Assembly (NCBI GenBank): GCA_964016885.1
Contig: OZ024740.1
Span: forward strand, 400,520,001 to 400,584,000
Length of the DNA: 64,000 nt
Reading direction: 5' to 3'
Origin: Eledone cirrhosa
Taxonomy: Eukaryota
The translations under genes and the position numbers were made by a program. The notes under the pieces were generated by a model that was not told where the DNA came from, did not search any database, and was given only the letters and a program-made list of their open reading frames with translations. Positions 47,425 to 60,378 of the stretch are shown one piece after another (within the stretch, counting starts at the first letter, position 1; each line of letters opens with the position of its first letter).

Positions 47425-48899
47425 AGTGTGTGTCAGTGTGTGTGTGGGTTTCTAATGAATTAATATACAATAAAATCTTGTATTGATAAACCTTGTATTT
47501 ACATAAATATATATAAATGTAATAAATTGAAAACAAATGAAAAATATATAATGACTCCTAATATTTCCGTGACATTACATGTCTCGAATTCTAATCTCTA
47601 CGTTTCACAATATCACTTATTCCTTCCGTCTGTGCCTTCACTTTTTTTCTGTAAAATATAACCAATTCCGCTCATTTTTAGTGAAAGAGTCCGAGAAAAT
47701 ATCTTTATTTCCTTAGGATCATGTACAAAGCATTAAAATAAAACAGGCACTGAAGCGTAAAAGAAAGAGTTCACAATCAAGGCATTAAGTAATCACATAA
47801 CAAAGAATGTTTGGTGTCAGAAACATAAAAACATAAAGTGGATATTTTAAAAGGATTCTAAGCATTTTGTAATGTTGTGTTCAGCTAGAAAAGAAAAGAA
47901 AACGTTTAATTGTAGTCTGATCCGAAACGTGAGTATGGCTAATTATTGGGGATCTAAATTGTCTATTTATGCTAACCATGCAAGTTCATATATTTTCAAA
48001 ATATAATGCAAAACAAAAAAGTGTTCAACAACAAAGAAAACGAAAGATACAACAAAAAACATATGGATGGAGTGGGACATTTACAGAATGCTTTTATTTT
48101 TACACACACACAAACAAACACAATCCCCTCGTTGCAACACACACATATGCTCACATAAACACAATGGCATTTAGACAAATAAATAGATGATATACATGCC
48201 AGATAGGTAGGTAGTTCGGTGGTGGGTAGATATATGAGTTGTCTCTGTGTCAGTAATAATTTAATCAATCTCAGCTGTTACGTGATCCATCAAACGGACA
48301 AAAAAATCTATGCAACGGAAGAAGATCAGGAACTCCAATTTACACACACCAACAGCAGCAGCAAAAAAAAGTCTATGTGATTCCTTGAAATAGTAAACAT
48401 ATCGCCCTAAAACTATACTATTCCGTCATAAATATGAAGGAATATATTGAACAATGTAGTATTGAATTAAAAAAGATATGCAGTGCTTTTATCCAAAGAC
48501 CATTGTTTATATGTTAGTAAGATAACAGTTAAGGGGGTCTAAACAACAACGAAAACATCTCGAAAATACTTAAACTGTAACGGAAAAAAGTGTCGCAGAA
48601 ACACAAACCACATTTGTTCAACTTTACGTTGTTGTAAGTAGACTGATAATCAGTTTAGTTGAGCCAGATTCATATAATCAGCTGTAATATCTCAAGGTCC
48701 CCACAGAATATATATTTGCAGCTGCTGAATATTATGACCTGTGAAACCTGTCCGTTTCAGAGAAAGTGTCGGTGCATACGCACCAATAATCTCAGATATT
48801 TTATTGGACTAGCTACGACAATCAAACAGTAAGGAAGGGGTGTAGGCATTAGCTATTTCTGTCCAAGCTTTCGGAGATAAATTCTAAGAACATTTCCAT

Positions 48900-50500
48900 G
48901 TTATCCTTTCAAATATATATCCAGGTTTTCTTGTGCTAACGATCTAGTCTGAACTAAACCTCTTACACTTTAACCAGACACTTCAGAAGATGCCGCCTGT
49001 TGGCCTGAACTTGCCCCTTTTTAGTGCCGAACTATAAGCCCACTTACTTGTTCCATTTGACATGAACAAACGTAAATTCTTACAATCTATTGGCGTGCAA
49101 CCATCAATCCCGATTTCCAAAGTGCCTGAGATCGTGCCGGTGATGTCTTCTGTCTATGCAGACATGAATCACAGATTCCAATTCGATTTCAAGTCTCCGA
49201 TATATGCGACATTGCCTGTAGCATCCAAATATTTAGAAGAGTATAGAGTGCACAAACTGAATACATGAAATGAAATGGTCCCAGGAATATATTTTATTTA
49301 GTTATTGGAGAGATGTTGCTGTATGTTGTTGAGATCCAATCTATAAAGAAGAGACCGAAACCTATTGCTTCTAGGACAAATGTCAGCTAGTGATATTCCA
49401 TTGAGTCGTAAGTTTTGGACTGATCCACATTAATCATCGCCCACTGAAACTAGATATATTCTCCATCTGCTTTACTGTTATCCAATAACATAAAGTTTAA
49501 GGTTAATAGATAAAGCGGAAATCGAAACTTATCGTACCTACACTACTGATAGTATATGCAAAACACTTGCCAATTTTAAAGATCAACTCTATCGCACCTA
49601 CCCCTTTCGGCTCCTTTCAAAAGAAGTATCACTGCTTCCGTGCCCACACAGGTAGAAACCACTCAAACATTATTCCAGTTCCAGTAGACATTTGGTAAGA
49701 TTGTGGCGAACAAGTCAAGTGTGCGAAAATAGAATTAGTAGGCAGCCACTCCAGTTACAGTGATTTGATCCTCATACAGTGGCTCACGTCATCCAGGATC
49801 TTTGCTGAAATCGGCTTCTCGTAGCATTCTGCATTGTCCCCCGAGATTTATGGCTCACCATCTATGTAGATATCGAATGTCATTCCTCCTGAACTGTTCG
49901 GCAAACGCGCTCACTCTGTACTATCAGAGTTACAAATATGACTTAGTTGCCACGTTGTACAATTATCGTACTCACGTGTTGCTGTTCATGTGTTTTAATA
50001 CACACAACGCATCCTCTAGGTTTTTCTTTGAAAATATTTTCGAGGGCTAATCCTGTTACTAACATATTATTTGCGCTGCTTATTTTCTGTGTCTATTCTA
50101 ACCTATCAAATTGCTATTTTTCTATGTTATCAGTCTCTGTCACTATTGCTATGCTAAATATAACGGAAGTTGCAGTAATATTTCTTTAGCGATGCTATCA
50201 AAAATGGATGGCCCACCGCAGTTTATCTCAATCCATATTTGTGAATTAAGGAAATGAGAGCGAAACCTCTACGACAACTAAAAATGCTTTGCAGGTTTAC
50301 GAGACTTGCGCATCTCAATTTTTATTCGGCTACTCACAAACAATCCCTGCACTTGTGTTCAAATGCCACTCAAATTGTCTCTTAATATTTATGTGCAACT
50401 TGAAATACGGTAGACAACACATACCACAGTGTAATCGGTAATTATTGTCAGACGGTACTAATATCATCCTCATTGCTGTTCACACCAAACCCGACTGAAT
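48900..50500 (-). pseudogene. Highly decayed DNA transposase, possibly Sola2-like
   Basis: Broken motifs in a plausible order on the minus strand: DFS.. / EIQSL.W-like (about 49810-49750), GSQ.H-like (about 49330) and IPGTISFHVF (about 49290-49258). Many stops and indels. Confidence 0.3.
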
Positions 50501-52197
50501 TATCATCGGGTCCCCAAAAAATGATTATTTTTTCTAGATCGAGAATATTCCGAAACAGCATTAAATGCGACATCTTTCAAATTTTCCATAACGTCATCTA
50601 CTGTAATATGTTTTAAATATTGCATTAAAATATTGTGAGGTACCGAATTAATTATGTCCAGTGAACAACTTATGTATTTCAGGAAATAATTAAAATTCTT
50701 CCTTTTGTTCGCATTTATTTCACTTCTAAAAATTTGTGAATTGCATAATCTGTAGAACGAGAAACAAAATATCTTGGGGTGTCTAGTTGTTTCACTTTAT
50801 ATTTTGAGTTCATGACTTCCCGTAATCGACTTTAAATTTCATTACTCTGCGCTCGATTGAATTATGACACATCCAGTAATGAAAGCTGATTAAAAATTAC
50901 ACTATTTCTAAAAATATATTGTTATTGTAATTTTTAGAAACGAATCTTTTAAATTGAATTTGAACTTTGTTAATTCTTTCATTCGAGCAAAACCACAGAG
51001 TAAATTATTAAGGATGCATACATTTGTGGGTTTCATGTTAATTCGCATTACCTAAGCTCTATAAACGTATCTGAAAGAATGATATGAACATCACAAATCG
51101 ATTCAATTTTCCGTATACAATTAAAATATATATATATCGCTTAATGTGTTAGCAAAAGCAACTAAACTATTCCTTAATCCACATGTTACTATTTATTAAA
51201 ACGATATGTTACGTTAAATAGTCTTAGATTGATGACGTCTTATCAAAATTGATGTTGACCATTTTGACCATGGGGAGACCGCTTAAAATCATAATACCTC
51301 TGGCCAGAGGTTTAAACAGCACCACCAAAACTACCCATGTTCTTAATTAAAGGAAACCTGTACTTGTGTGAAATTATTTTTGCCTAATGAAAATAATCTT
51401 TTATGAAATAATATAATGGCAAAATATAGTTAAGCGATGAACGGTGTGATTTAAAAACCACAGTCATCAATCACATAAAAGAAAGTACATCATTTATTAC
51501 CCATGTGGAGGATGTGTACGTAGAAGAAATTCTTACACTCGTATATCACATACGAAGACCCTACGGAATTGATCTGAAAGCAGTTCTATGTAAAAACCAG
51601 CTTTCGCAAAATTCCAACCATAATGAACACAGAAATATAAATAAATTACTATATACACACATATGCTTACATACCCATGTCTATGTGGAGACTCACAGAC
51701 AAGTGCATACATATTCTCCCTTTAATTCCATACACACAAACTTTTTCTCTTTCTCTCTGTCTCTATCAGTCTCTCTCTCCCCCCTCTCTCTCTGTCTCTC
51801 TCTGCGTATATATATATATATGTATGAATGAAGTAATTCCATCGGAAAAGTCCAGGAAAAAAGAGTGCTCTATGTAAGCAACAGAGCTTAATTATTATTA
51901 TTATGTAATAAACAACATAAGGCAATTATTCCATTTACCAGTGGTTTCTTAAAAGCAAAAGGTTTTGCTTTCAATCCTCAGAGTGAAAAATCCTGGTTTG
52001 TTTATTGAATATGGATTCTAAAAACGAAAATGCAATCTATATGAAAGTGAGGCTGGAAAAGGGAGAAGGAAAGGAAAAATAAAATAAAATAAAACTACAC
52101 ATGCAAACACACACAAAAAAACCCAAAAGCATACTTACACACACACACATATATACACATATAATTTGCACGCATACACATATACACATACACATAC

Positions 52198-52238
<41 letters not shown>

Positions 52239-52421
52239 CATATACATATATATACATACACATACATACACATATATATATATAAAAAGAGCGTACACCT
52301 ACACACACATACACATATATATACACACATATACACATACATATATTCAACCATACACACGCACACACACACACACACATATATACACACACACATACAT
52401 ATATATACACATGTACATATC

Positions 52422-52463
<42 letters not shown>

Positions 52464-52486
52464 CATATACACACATATACACATAT

Positions 52487-52524
<38 letters not shown>

Positions 52525-52656
52525 GTGTGTACAAGCCTACACATACACACACACATATATATACACACACATATACATACATTCACACAAACATACAACG
52601 TACATACATACACATACATGAATGCACTCCACTACATATTAACACACGCAAATAAA

Positions 52657-52714
<58 letters not shown>

Positions 52715-52957
52715 TAATATTAACAAATATTTGACAGCGATACATGCCCCAGCTAACAGGACAGACACGCGTGGTAAGTAATACACACATAAGCGCATAT
52801 ACATACGTTCGAAATAGTAAACACATACACACACTCTCACACATAAATATACATATACAAATACATAAACACGTACATACACATACATACGCAAACACGT
52901 ACACGTATACAATATAAACACACACATGTATATGTAATTATATACACACACACACAC

Positions 52958-53014
<57 letters not shown>

Positions 53015-53562
53015 CAAAAATATAAAAATATAAACGCACACACACATATAAATACGTAAACACACATATACATACATAGCTAAACAATTATACACATGCA
53101 AATACGTATATATCAAAAGAACGCACAACCAAATACAAACACACACACATACACACACACACACACCCACACACAAACCCACACATACATAAAAATAAAT
53201 AAAAACACACGCAACATATACATACATACACGTACATATACATATATACACACATACATATACACATACACATATACACATATATATACACAAATATACA
53301 TATATATATATATATATATATACACACGTACACGTACACATACACACATGCATACACATACACACACACATTTACATGTGTGTATGTGTAAAGCTCAGTA
53401 TTAGATAAGACAAATGAACCTTACATAAACGTATATATAGTAGTAAAGTAATAAAGCCATACAAGGCAATTAATCCATTCACCAGAGGTTTCTTAAAAGC
53501 AAAAAAAGTTTCCTTCAATCTTCAGAATGAAATATACAAATATATACACACATACAGACACG

Positions 53563-53632
<70 letters not shown>

Positions 53633-53922
53633 CAGACATACATACACACATACACACACATACATATACATACATACATACACATATATATACATACACA
53701 AACATATACGTACACATATACATATATACACACAAAAATACATACACATACACATAGGTATGTGAAGGGCAAAACAAAAAGAATATATGGGGTGGGGGGC
53801 CTAGAGGAGGTAAAAATATAAAGGGAGGTAAGGGAGAAAAAAATATTTTTTAAATACAAGAGTACAGAAGGTAGAAGCAGCAAAATAAAAGCCGTAGCAA
53901 AAGTAAAGAGCAGAGAAGGAGT

Positions 53923-54837
53923 TCAAGGCGGTTGATTTATCGTAGGAGTGTCAATCCAGTTACAGATCAGATGCGATTTCAGATGAGGACAGCATCTGAA
54001 GATCTCAGTCTTAGAGTTAAGGCAAGCGGAAGTGTCTCTCAAGTTTAGCAAAATCCTATACTTTTCTGTGGTACACAAAGAACAATTCTTTGTGCCCCTT
54101 TGGTACTCCCTCGAATGGTCTAATATAGACCAATCAATAGAGTACGGGATATTACTATCCTTGAGATCCCATACCTTACTTGCGAGGGCCGTTGATGTTC
54201 GTTTATCTGAGTGTTTAAAAGAAGCGACATGTGAGTAAAATCTGGTTTTAAACCTGTCCTGGGTCATACCGACATATCGCTCGCTTCTGGCTGGCTGGTT
54301 GTTGATAACTGGCGTTATTTTAGCCTCATAAACGACAGATTTTGTTTTACATTTACCCTGCAATGGGCATTCATCCGGCTTCCTGCAACTGCATCCTGGA
54401 TTTATCCTCGTACGGTTTGAACTGGTGATTTTGGATTTCATGGATGGACAACAAGAGTAGCTGATCTTAACTACATTCCTATTAAAAATCTTATAATATC
54501 TATGAATAGGAGGAAAATGTTTGTCTAATAGTTCGAGGAATTTCCTTCCTACATTAGTTTTGACATTTAGAGAGAAGGGGGGGGTGAACCAAATAATCTT
54601 CCTTTTCCTGTTATTATGGTTAGTTTTAGGGGGGGGAATAGGTAAATAAGAAATATTTTCTGTAAAACCGCTGTTCTTAAGGGCTTTATTATAATAAGGG
54701 GCGGCTTTATTAAAAATGTCTATAGACGAAGATAAAGTAGAAATCCTACGGCTAATGTTAGGAATAAGATTTTTAAAAACTATAGGGGGATGGCAAGACT
54801 CTTTGTGTATATACCTAAGATTTTCATTAGGTTTATG
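53923..54837 (-). CDS. PLE C-terminal fragment (RT thumb, linker, GIY-YIG endonuclease); uninterrupted, no RT catalytic core
   Basis: YIHKESCHPP, IIWFTPPFS, CSCR..CPLQGKC, VVYEA..YVGMT..FKTRFYSH, CSLCTTEK and LNSKTE..CPH. Confidence 0.8.
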   Translation of the reverse strand, partial: HKPNENLRYIHKESCHPPIVFKNLIPNISRRISTLSSSIDIFNKAAPYYNKALKNSGFTENISYLPIPPPKTNHNNRKRKIIWFTPPFSLNVKTNVGRKFLELLDKHFPPIHRYYKIFNRNVVKISYSCCPSMKSKITSSNRTRINPGCSCRKPDECPLQGKCKTKSVVYEAKITPVINNQPARSERYVGMTQDRFKTRFYSHVASFKHSDKRTSTALASKVWDLKDSNIPYSIDWSILDHSREYQRGTKNCSLCTTEKYRILLNLRDTSACLNSKTEIFRCCPHLKSHLICNWIDTPTINQPP

Positions 54838-55750
54838 AAACCTAATGAAAATCTTAGGTATATACACAAAGAGTCTTGCCATCCCCCTATAGTTTTTAAA
54901 AATCTTATTCCTAACATTAGCCGTAGGATTTCTACTTTATCTTCGTCTATAGACATTTTTAATAAAGCCGCCCCTTATTATAATAAAGCCCTTAAGAACA
55001 GCGGTTTTACAGAAAATATTTCTTATTTACCTATTTCCCCCCCCTAAAACTAACCATAATAACAGGAAAAGGAAGATTATTTGGTTCACCCCCCCCTTCT
55101 CTCTAAATGTCAAAACTAATGTAGGAAGGAAATTCCTCGAACTATTAGACAAACATTTTCCTCCTATTCATAGATATTATAAGATTTTTAATAGGAATGT
55201 AGTTAAGATCAGCTACTCTTGTTGTCCATCCATGAAATCCAAAATCACCAGTTCAAACCGTACGAGGATAAATCCAGGATGCAGTTGCAGGAAGCCGGAT
55301 GAATGCCCATTGCAGGGTAAATGTAAAACAAAATCTGTCGTTTATGAGGCTAAAATAACGCCAGTTATCAACAACCAGCCAGCCAGAAGCGAGCGATATG
55401 TCGGTATGACCCAGGACAGGTTTAAAACCAGATTTTACTCACATGTCGCTTCTTTTAAACACTCAGATAAACGAACATCAACGGCCCTCGCAAGTAAGGT
55501 ATGGGATCTCAAGGATAGTAATATCCCGTACTCTATTGATTGGTCTATATTAGACCATTCGAGGGAGTACCAAAGGGGCACAAAGAATTGTTCTTTGTGT
55601 ACCACAGAAAAGTATAGGATTTTGCTAAACTTGAGAGACACTTCCGCTTGCCTTAACTCTAAGACTGAGATCTTCAGATGCTGTCCTCATCTGAAATCGC
55701 ATCTGATCTGTAACTGGATTGACACTCCTACGATAAATCAACCGCCTTGA
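54838..55750 (+). pseudogene. Mirror copy of the PLE C-terminal fragment with a frameshift at about 55035-55045
   Basis: Same protein split over ORFs 54790-55047 and 55232-55750. Confidence 0.85.
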
Positions 55751-56039
55751 ACTCCTTCTCTGCTCTTTACTTTTGCTACGGCTTTTATTTTGCTGCTTCT
55801 ACCTTCTGTACTCTTGTATTTAAAAAATATTTTTTTCTCCCTTACCTCCCTTTATATTTTTACCTCCTCTAGGCCCCCCACCCCATATATTCTTTTTGTT
55901 TTGCCCTTCACATACCTATGTGTATGTGTATGTATTTTTGTGTGTATATATGTATATGTGTACGTATATGTTTGTGTATGTATATATATGTGTATGTATG
56001 TATGTATATGTATGTGTGTGTATGTGTGTATGTATGTCT

Positions 56040-56073
<34 letters not shown>

Positions 56074-56146
56074 GTACATATATATATATATGTATATATA
56101 TATATGTGTGTGTGCGTGTCTGTATGTGTGTATATATTTGTATATT

Positions 56147-56202
56147 TCATTCTGAAGATTGAAGGAAACTTTTTTTGCTTTTAAGAAACCTCTGGTGAAT
56201 GG
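56147..56202 (+). ncRNA. HHR-like repeat 1 (GUG triplet, probably inactive); mirror at about 53475-53530
   Basis: tcatt-CTGAAGA(56152)-stem II-GAAA(56185)-cctctgg-TG-aatgg. Confidence 0.6.
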
Positions 56203-56661
56203 ATTAATTGCCTTGTATGGCTTTATTACTTTACTACTATATATACGTTTATGTAAGGTTCATTTGTCTTATCTAATACTGAGCTTTACACATACACACA
56301 TGTATATGTGTGTGTGTATGTGTATGCATGTGTGTATGTGTACGTGTACGTGTGTATATATATATATATATATATATGTATATTTGTGTATATATATGTG
56401 TATATGTGTATGTGTATATGTATGTGTGTATATATGTATATGTACGTGTATGTATGTATATGTTGCGTGTGTTTTTATTTATTTTTATGTATGTGTGGGT
56501 TTGTGTGTGGGTGTGTGTGTGTGTGTATGTGTGTGTGTTTGTATTTGGTTGTGCGTTTTTTGATATATACGTATTTGCATGTGTATAATTGTTTAGCTAT
56601 GTATGTATATGTGTGTTTACGTATTTATATGTGTGTGTGCGTTTATATTTTTATATTTTTG

Positions 56662-56718
<57 letters not shown>

Positions 56719-56971
56719 GTGTGTGTGTGTGTATATAATTACATATACATGTGTGTGTTTATATTGTATACGTGTACGTGTTTGCGTATGTATGTGTATG
56801 TACGTGTTTATGTATTTGTATATGTATATTTATGTGTGAGAGTGTGTGTATGTGTTTACTATTTCGAACGTATGTATATGCGCTTATGTGTGTATTACTT
56901 ACCACGCGTGTCTGTCCTGTTAGCTGGGGCATGTATCGCTGTCAAATATTTGTTAATATTATTTATATATA

Positions 56972-57008
<37 letters not shown>

Positions 57009-57140
57009 TTTATTTGCGTGTGTTAATATGTAGTGGAGTGCATTCATGTATGTGTATGTATGTACGTTGTATGTTTGTGTGAATGTATGTATATGTGTGT
57101 GTATATATATGTGTGTGTGTATGTGTAGGCTTGTACACAC

Positions 57141-57188
<48 letters not shown>

Positions 57189-57211
57189 ATATGTGTATAT
57201 GTGTGTATATG

Positions 57212-57253
<42 letters not shown>

Positions 57254-57436
57254 GATATGTACATGTGTATATATATGTATGTGTGTGTGTATATATGTGT
57301 GTGTGTGTGTGTGCGTGTGTATGGTTGAATATATGTATGTGTATATGTGTGTATATATATGTGTATGTGTGTGTAGGTGTACGCTCTTTTTATATATATA
57401 TATGTGTATGTATGTGTATGTATATATATGTATATG

Positions 57437-57477
<41 letters not shown>

Positions 57478-57688
57478 GTATGTGTATGTGTATATGTGTA
57501 TGCGTGCAAATTATATGTGTATATATGTGTGTGTGTGTAAGTATGCTTTTGGGTTTTTTTGTGTGTGTTTGCATGTGTAGTTTTATTTTATTTTATTTTT
57601 CCTTTCCTTCTCCCTTTTCCAGCCTCACTTTCATATAGATTGCATTTTCGTTTTTAGAATCCATATTCAATAAACAAACCAGGATTTT

Positions 57689-57744
57689 TCACTCTGAGGA
57701 TTGAAAGCAAAACCTTTTGCTTTTAAGAAACCACTGGTAAATGG
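57689..57744 (+). ncRNA. Type I hammerhead ribozyme (repeat 2); mirror at about 51928-51985
   Basis: tcact-CTGAGGA(57694)-ttgaaagcaaaa/ttttgcttttaa-GAAA(57727)-ccactgg-TA-aatgg. Confidence 0.8.
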
Positions 57745-57780
57745 AATAATTGCCTTATGTTGTTTATTACATAATAATAA

Positions 57781-57814
<34 letters not shown>

Positions 57815-57826
57815 CATATATATATT

Positions 57827-57857
<31 letters not shown>

Positions 57858-57858
57858 T

Positions 57859-57950
<92 letters not shown>

Positions 57951-58389
57951 CACACATATATATACATATATATATATATTTATCCAAATCTTTGGATTTT
58001 AGTCTTCAAATTTATTATTATTACTATATATATATATATATATATATATATGACACACACAACTATACATATATACATGCACAGACAACGAAACATAAAT
58101 ACATGAATTCATACATAGATACATACATACATTCATACATACATAGAAGCCATCATGCATACAAATAACCTTAACGATGTGGTATGAATTCCGTTTCATA
58201 AATACGCTTTCTTGCTGCAGTGGAAAATATATGGTTCATTTCTTATTTAGTCATGTTTGTGGTAAGTGACTGAAAGTTGTCGAGAGAGAAAGAATGAGTA
58301 TATAATGACTGAAAAACATAGCCTAAGCAAGGGTGGAGGCGTTAAATATATATGTATGTAAGTATGTATGTATGTATGTATCTATGTAT

Positions 58390-60331
58390 GTTCTTCTGCT
58401 TTTATAATTTCACAAATTTTTTCCCAATAGAGAGAGTGTCGGTTTCTAACATAGACACAAGACTCCCTCCCTCATTGAAATTTACACAACATCAACTAGG
58501 TAGATTATGTATGCATTCATGTGTAGATATGGATGTTATTGTATGTGTGGATGTGTATGTTTTGAGTTGTATGTGTGCATGTGTATATACTTTGTATCTG
58601 TACATGTGTACATGCAGTTATTAGATGCAAAATGTTTGGAATGTTTTACATATTTTTATTGTTCCATTAATGGATTGTACTTGTAATTTCCTAACTAGTT
58701 GTGCTATTTCTGTTCCTGTGAAGCCTAGCTTCTCAAGATTTGTATTTAGGCAGTTACTAACATACCCCAGTGCCCCAATAATCACAGGCATAAATCTGAA
58801 GGTGTAATCAGGGTGGAGTATCTGCAGATTTCATATCAGTTCTTCATAAATATTCTCCTTTTCGTTAATCTTTGATATTATATTGGCATCTGCTTGGCAG
58901 TTAATTTCCACTACTGTGCATGTTTTCTTCTCCCTGTCCCATATCATAATATCTGGTCTGTTATGCCTGTATTTTATTGGGGTTTTTACTGGAACATTCC
59001 ACCAGTACTCTTTCATATTATGTACATGGATGTCTCCCACATTGTTGTAGCTTTTAATGTGTCGGGGCTATCTTTTTTACGAACTGCATTGTACAGTGTT
59101 TTGGCCACTACATCATGCTTCATAGGTAGATAGTACCGCGATGACATCTTTGGGCAGCTGCTGATGACATGGGTGATATCCTCGATGTTAGTTCTGCAGA
59201 GTCTGCACTTGTTATCACATCTAGGTGTTTTTCCTGCATCGCTATCTGTTTTGTGAATCAGGTATTTCGTGTTAACCTCCTGTTCTTGGATTGCAAAAGC
59301 GTATCCTTCAAAGTGGGAGCCAATATAGCGGTTGTTGGTCCAAGATAGACTAATTTCCTTATCTATATTACTCTCACTCTGGAGCTTCCTGGCAACATAT
59401 CCATGCATGATATTTTGCTGATAAGCATGCAGTTTTTCATCCATGGATTCACTGCGATACTGCTGAGCGACATCCCTGGGTGTAAGTTTTTGATTATCAC
59501 ACAGGGAATATCTCTCAAGGAGTTCCTTCCCAACTCTCATGATCTTATCTGTTTCATGCAGATAGACTTGCTCGAGAAGCGGGCTCCTACACTTCGAGGT
59601 TCGTAGATGTTGTCGGAGAGATATGATGCGATTCAAATGTTGTCTGGACTGATGTAGGCCTCTGCCTCCCTGCATAGGTTTCAAGTGAAGGCGGACTATG
59701 TCACTGTTGATGTAGAAGTTTCCGGTGTTGTTTACTATTTTTCAAGTGAACTCATACCCAGTAACTACCTAAATACAAATCTTGAGAAGCTAGGCTTCAC
59801 AGGAACAGAAAGAACACAACTAATTAGGAAATTACAAGTACAATCCATTAAAGAACAGTAAAAATATGTGAAACATTCCAAAGAATTGGCATCTAATAAC
59901 TGCATATACACATGCACACATAAATGCTCATACATGACTGTAAAGCGGGTAAAAACAACAACCCAATCTAGCAGCATTGTCATCAACAACTGTAGATAGA
60001 CTTGCTCGAGAAACGGGCTCCAACGCTTCGAGGTTTGTAGATGTTGTCGGAGAGATATGATGCGAAATTGAAATGTTGTCTGGACTGATGTTAGGCCTGT
60101 GCCGCCCTGCTTACGTCACAAGTAAAGGCGGTCTATGTCACTGTTGATGTGGAGGTTTCCGGTGTTGTTCAGTATTTTTCGAGTTCCAACATCAACGGCT
60201 CGGATTTCGTCTATCGTCCAATTGAGTATTCCAAATGTTGGTGTTAGGACAGGCACAGCAAACACATTGTGATCCACTGTTTTGTTTTGCGCAGAGAGTT
60301 CCGATGACCAGATCTTTCTTAATCGGGCGGA
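58390..60331 (-). mobile_element. R4/Dong-clade RLE LINE 3' part, rearranged, flanked by (TATG)n
   Basis: GGRGL, HG, AIQEQ, CRLC....EDITHVISSC (CCHC), HDVVAK, HNRPDIMIWD..VVEI. An inverted 3' copy lies at about 59760-59990. Confidence 0.88.
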
Positions 60332-60378
60332 GTATGTATGTATGTATGTATGTATGTATGTATGTATGTATGTATGTA

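Larger units (their letters stand above)
51893..57779. mobile_element. 5.9-kb near-perfect palindrome: head-to-head duplicated 5'-truncated PLE
   Basis: Centre gttt-atg-aaac (loop 54835-54837). Each arm has a thumb/linker/GIY-YIG ORF, ~2 kb of microsatellite-rich tail and two HHR repeats. Confidence 0.95.

Noticed and set aside
54790-54882. ATG-initiated MARLFVYIPK N-terminus on both strands
   Set aside because: Produced by reading through the palindrome centre into the antisense arm.
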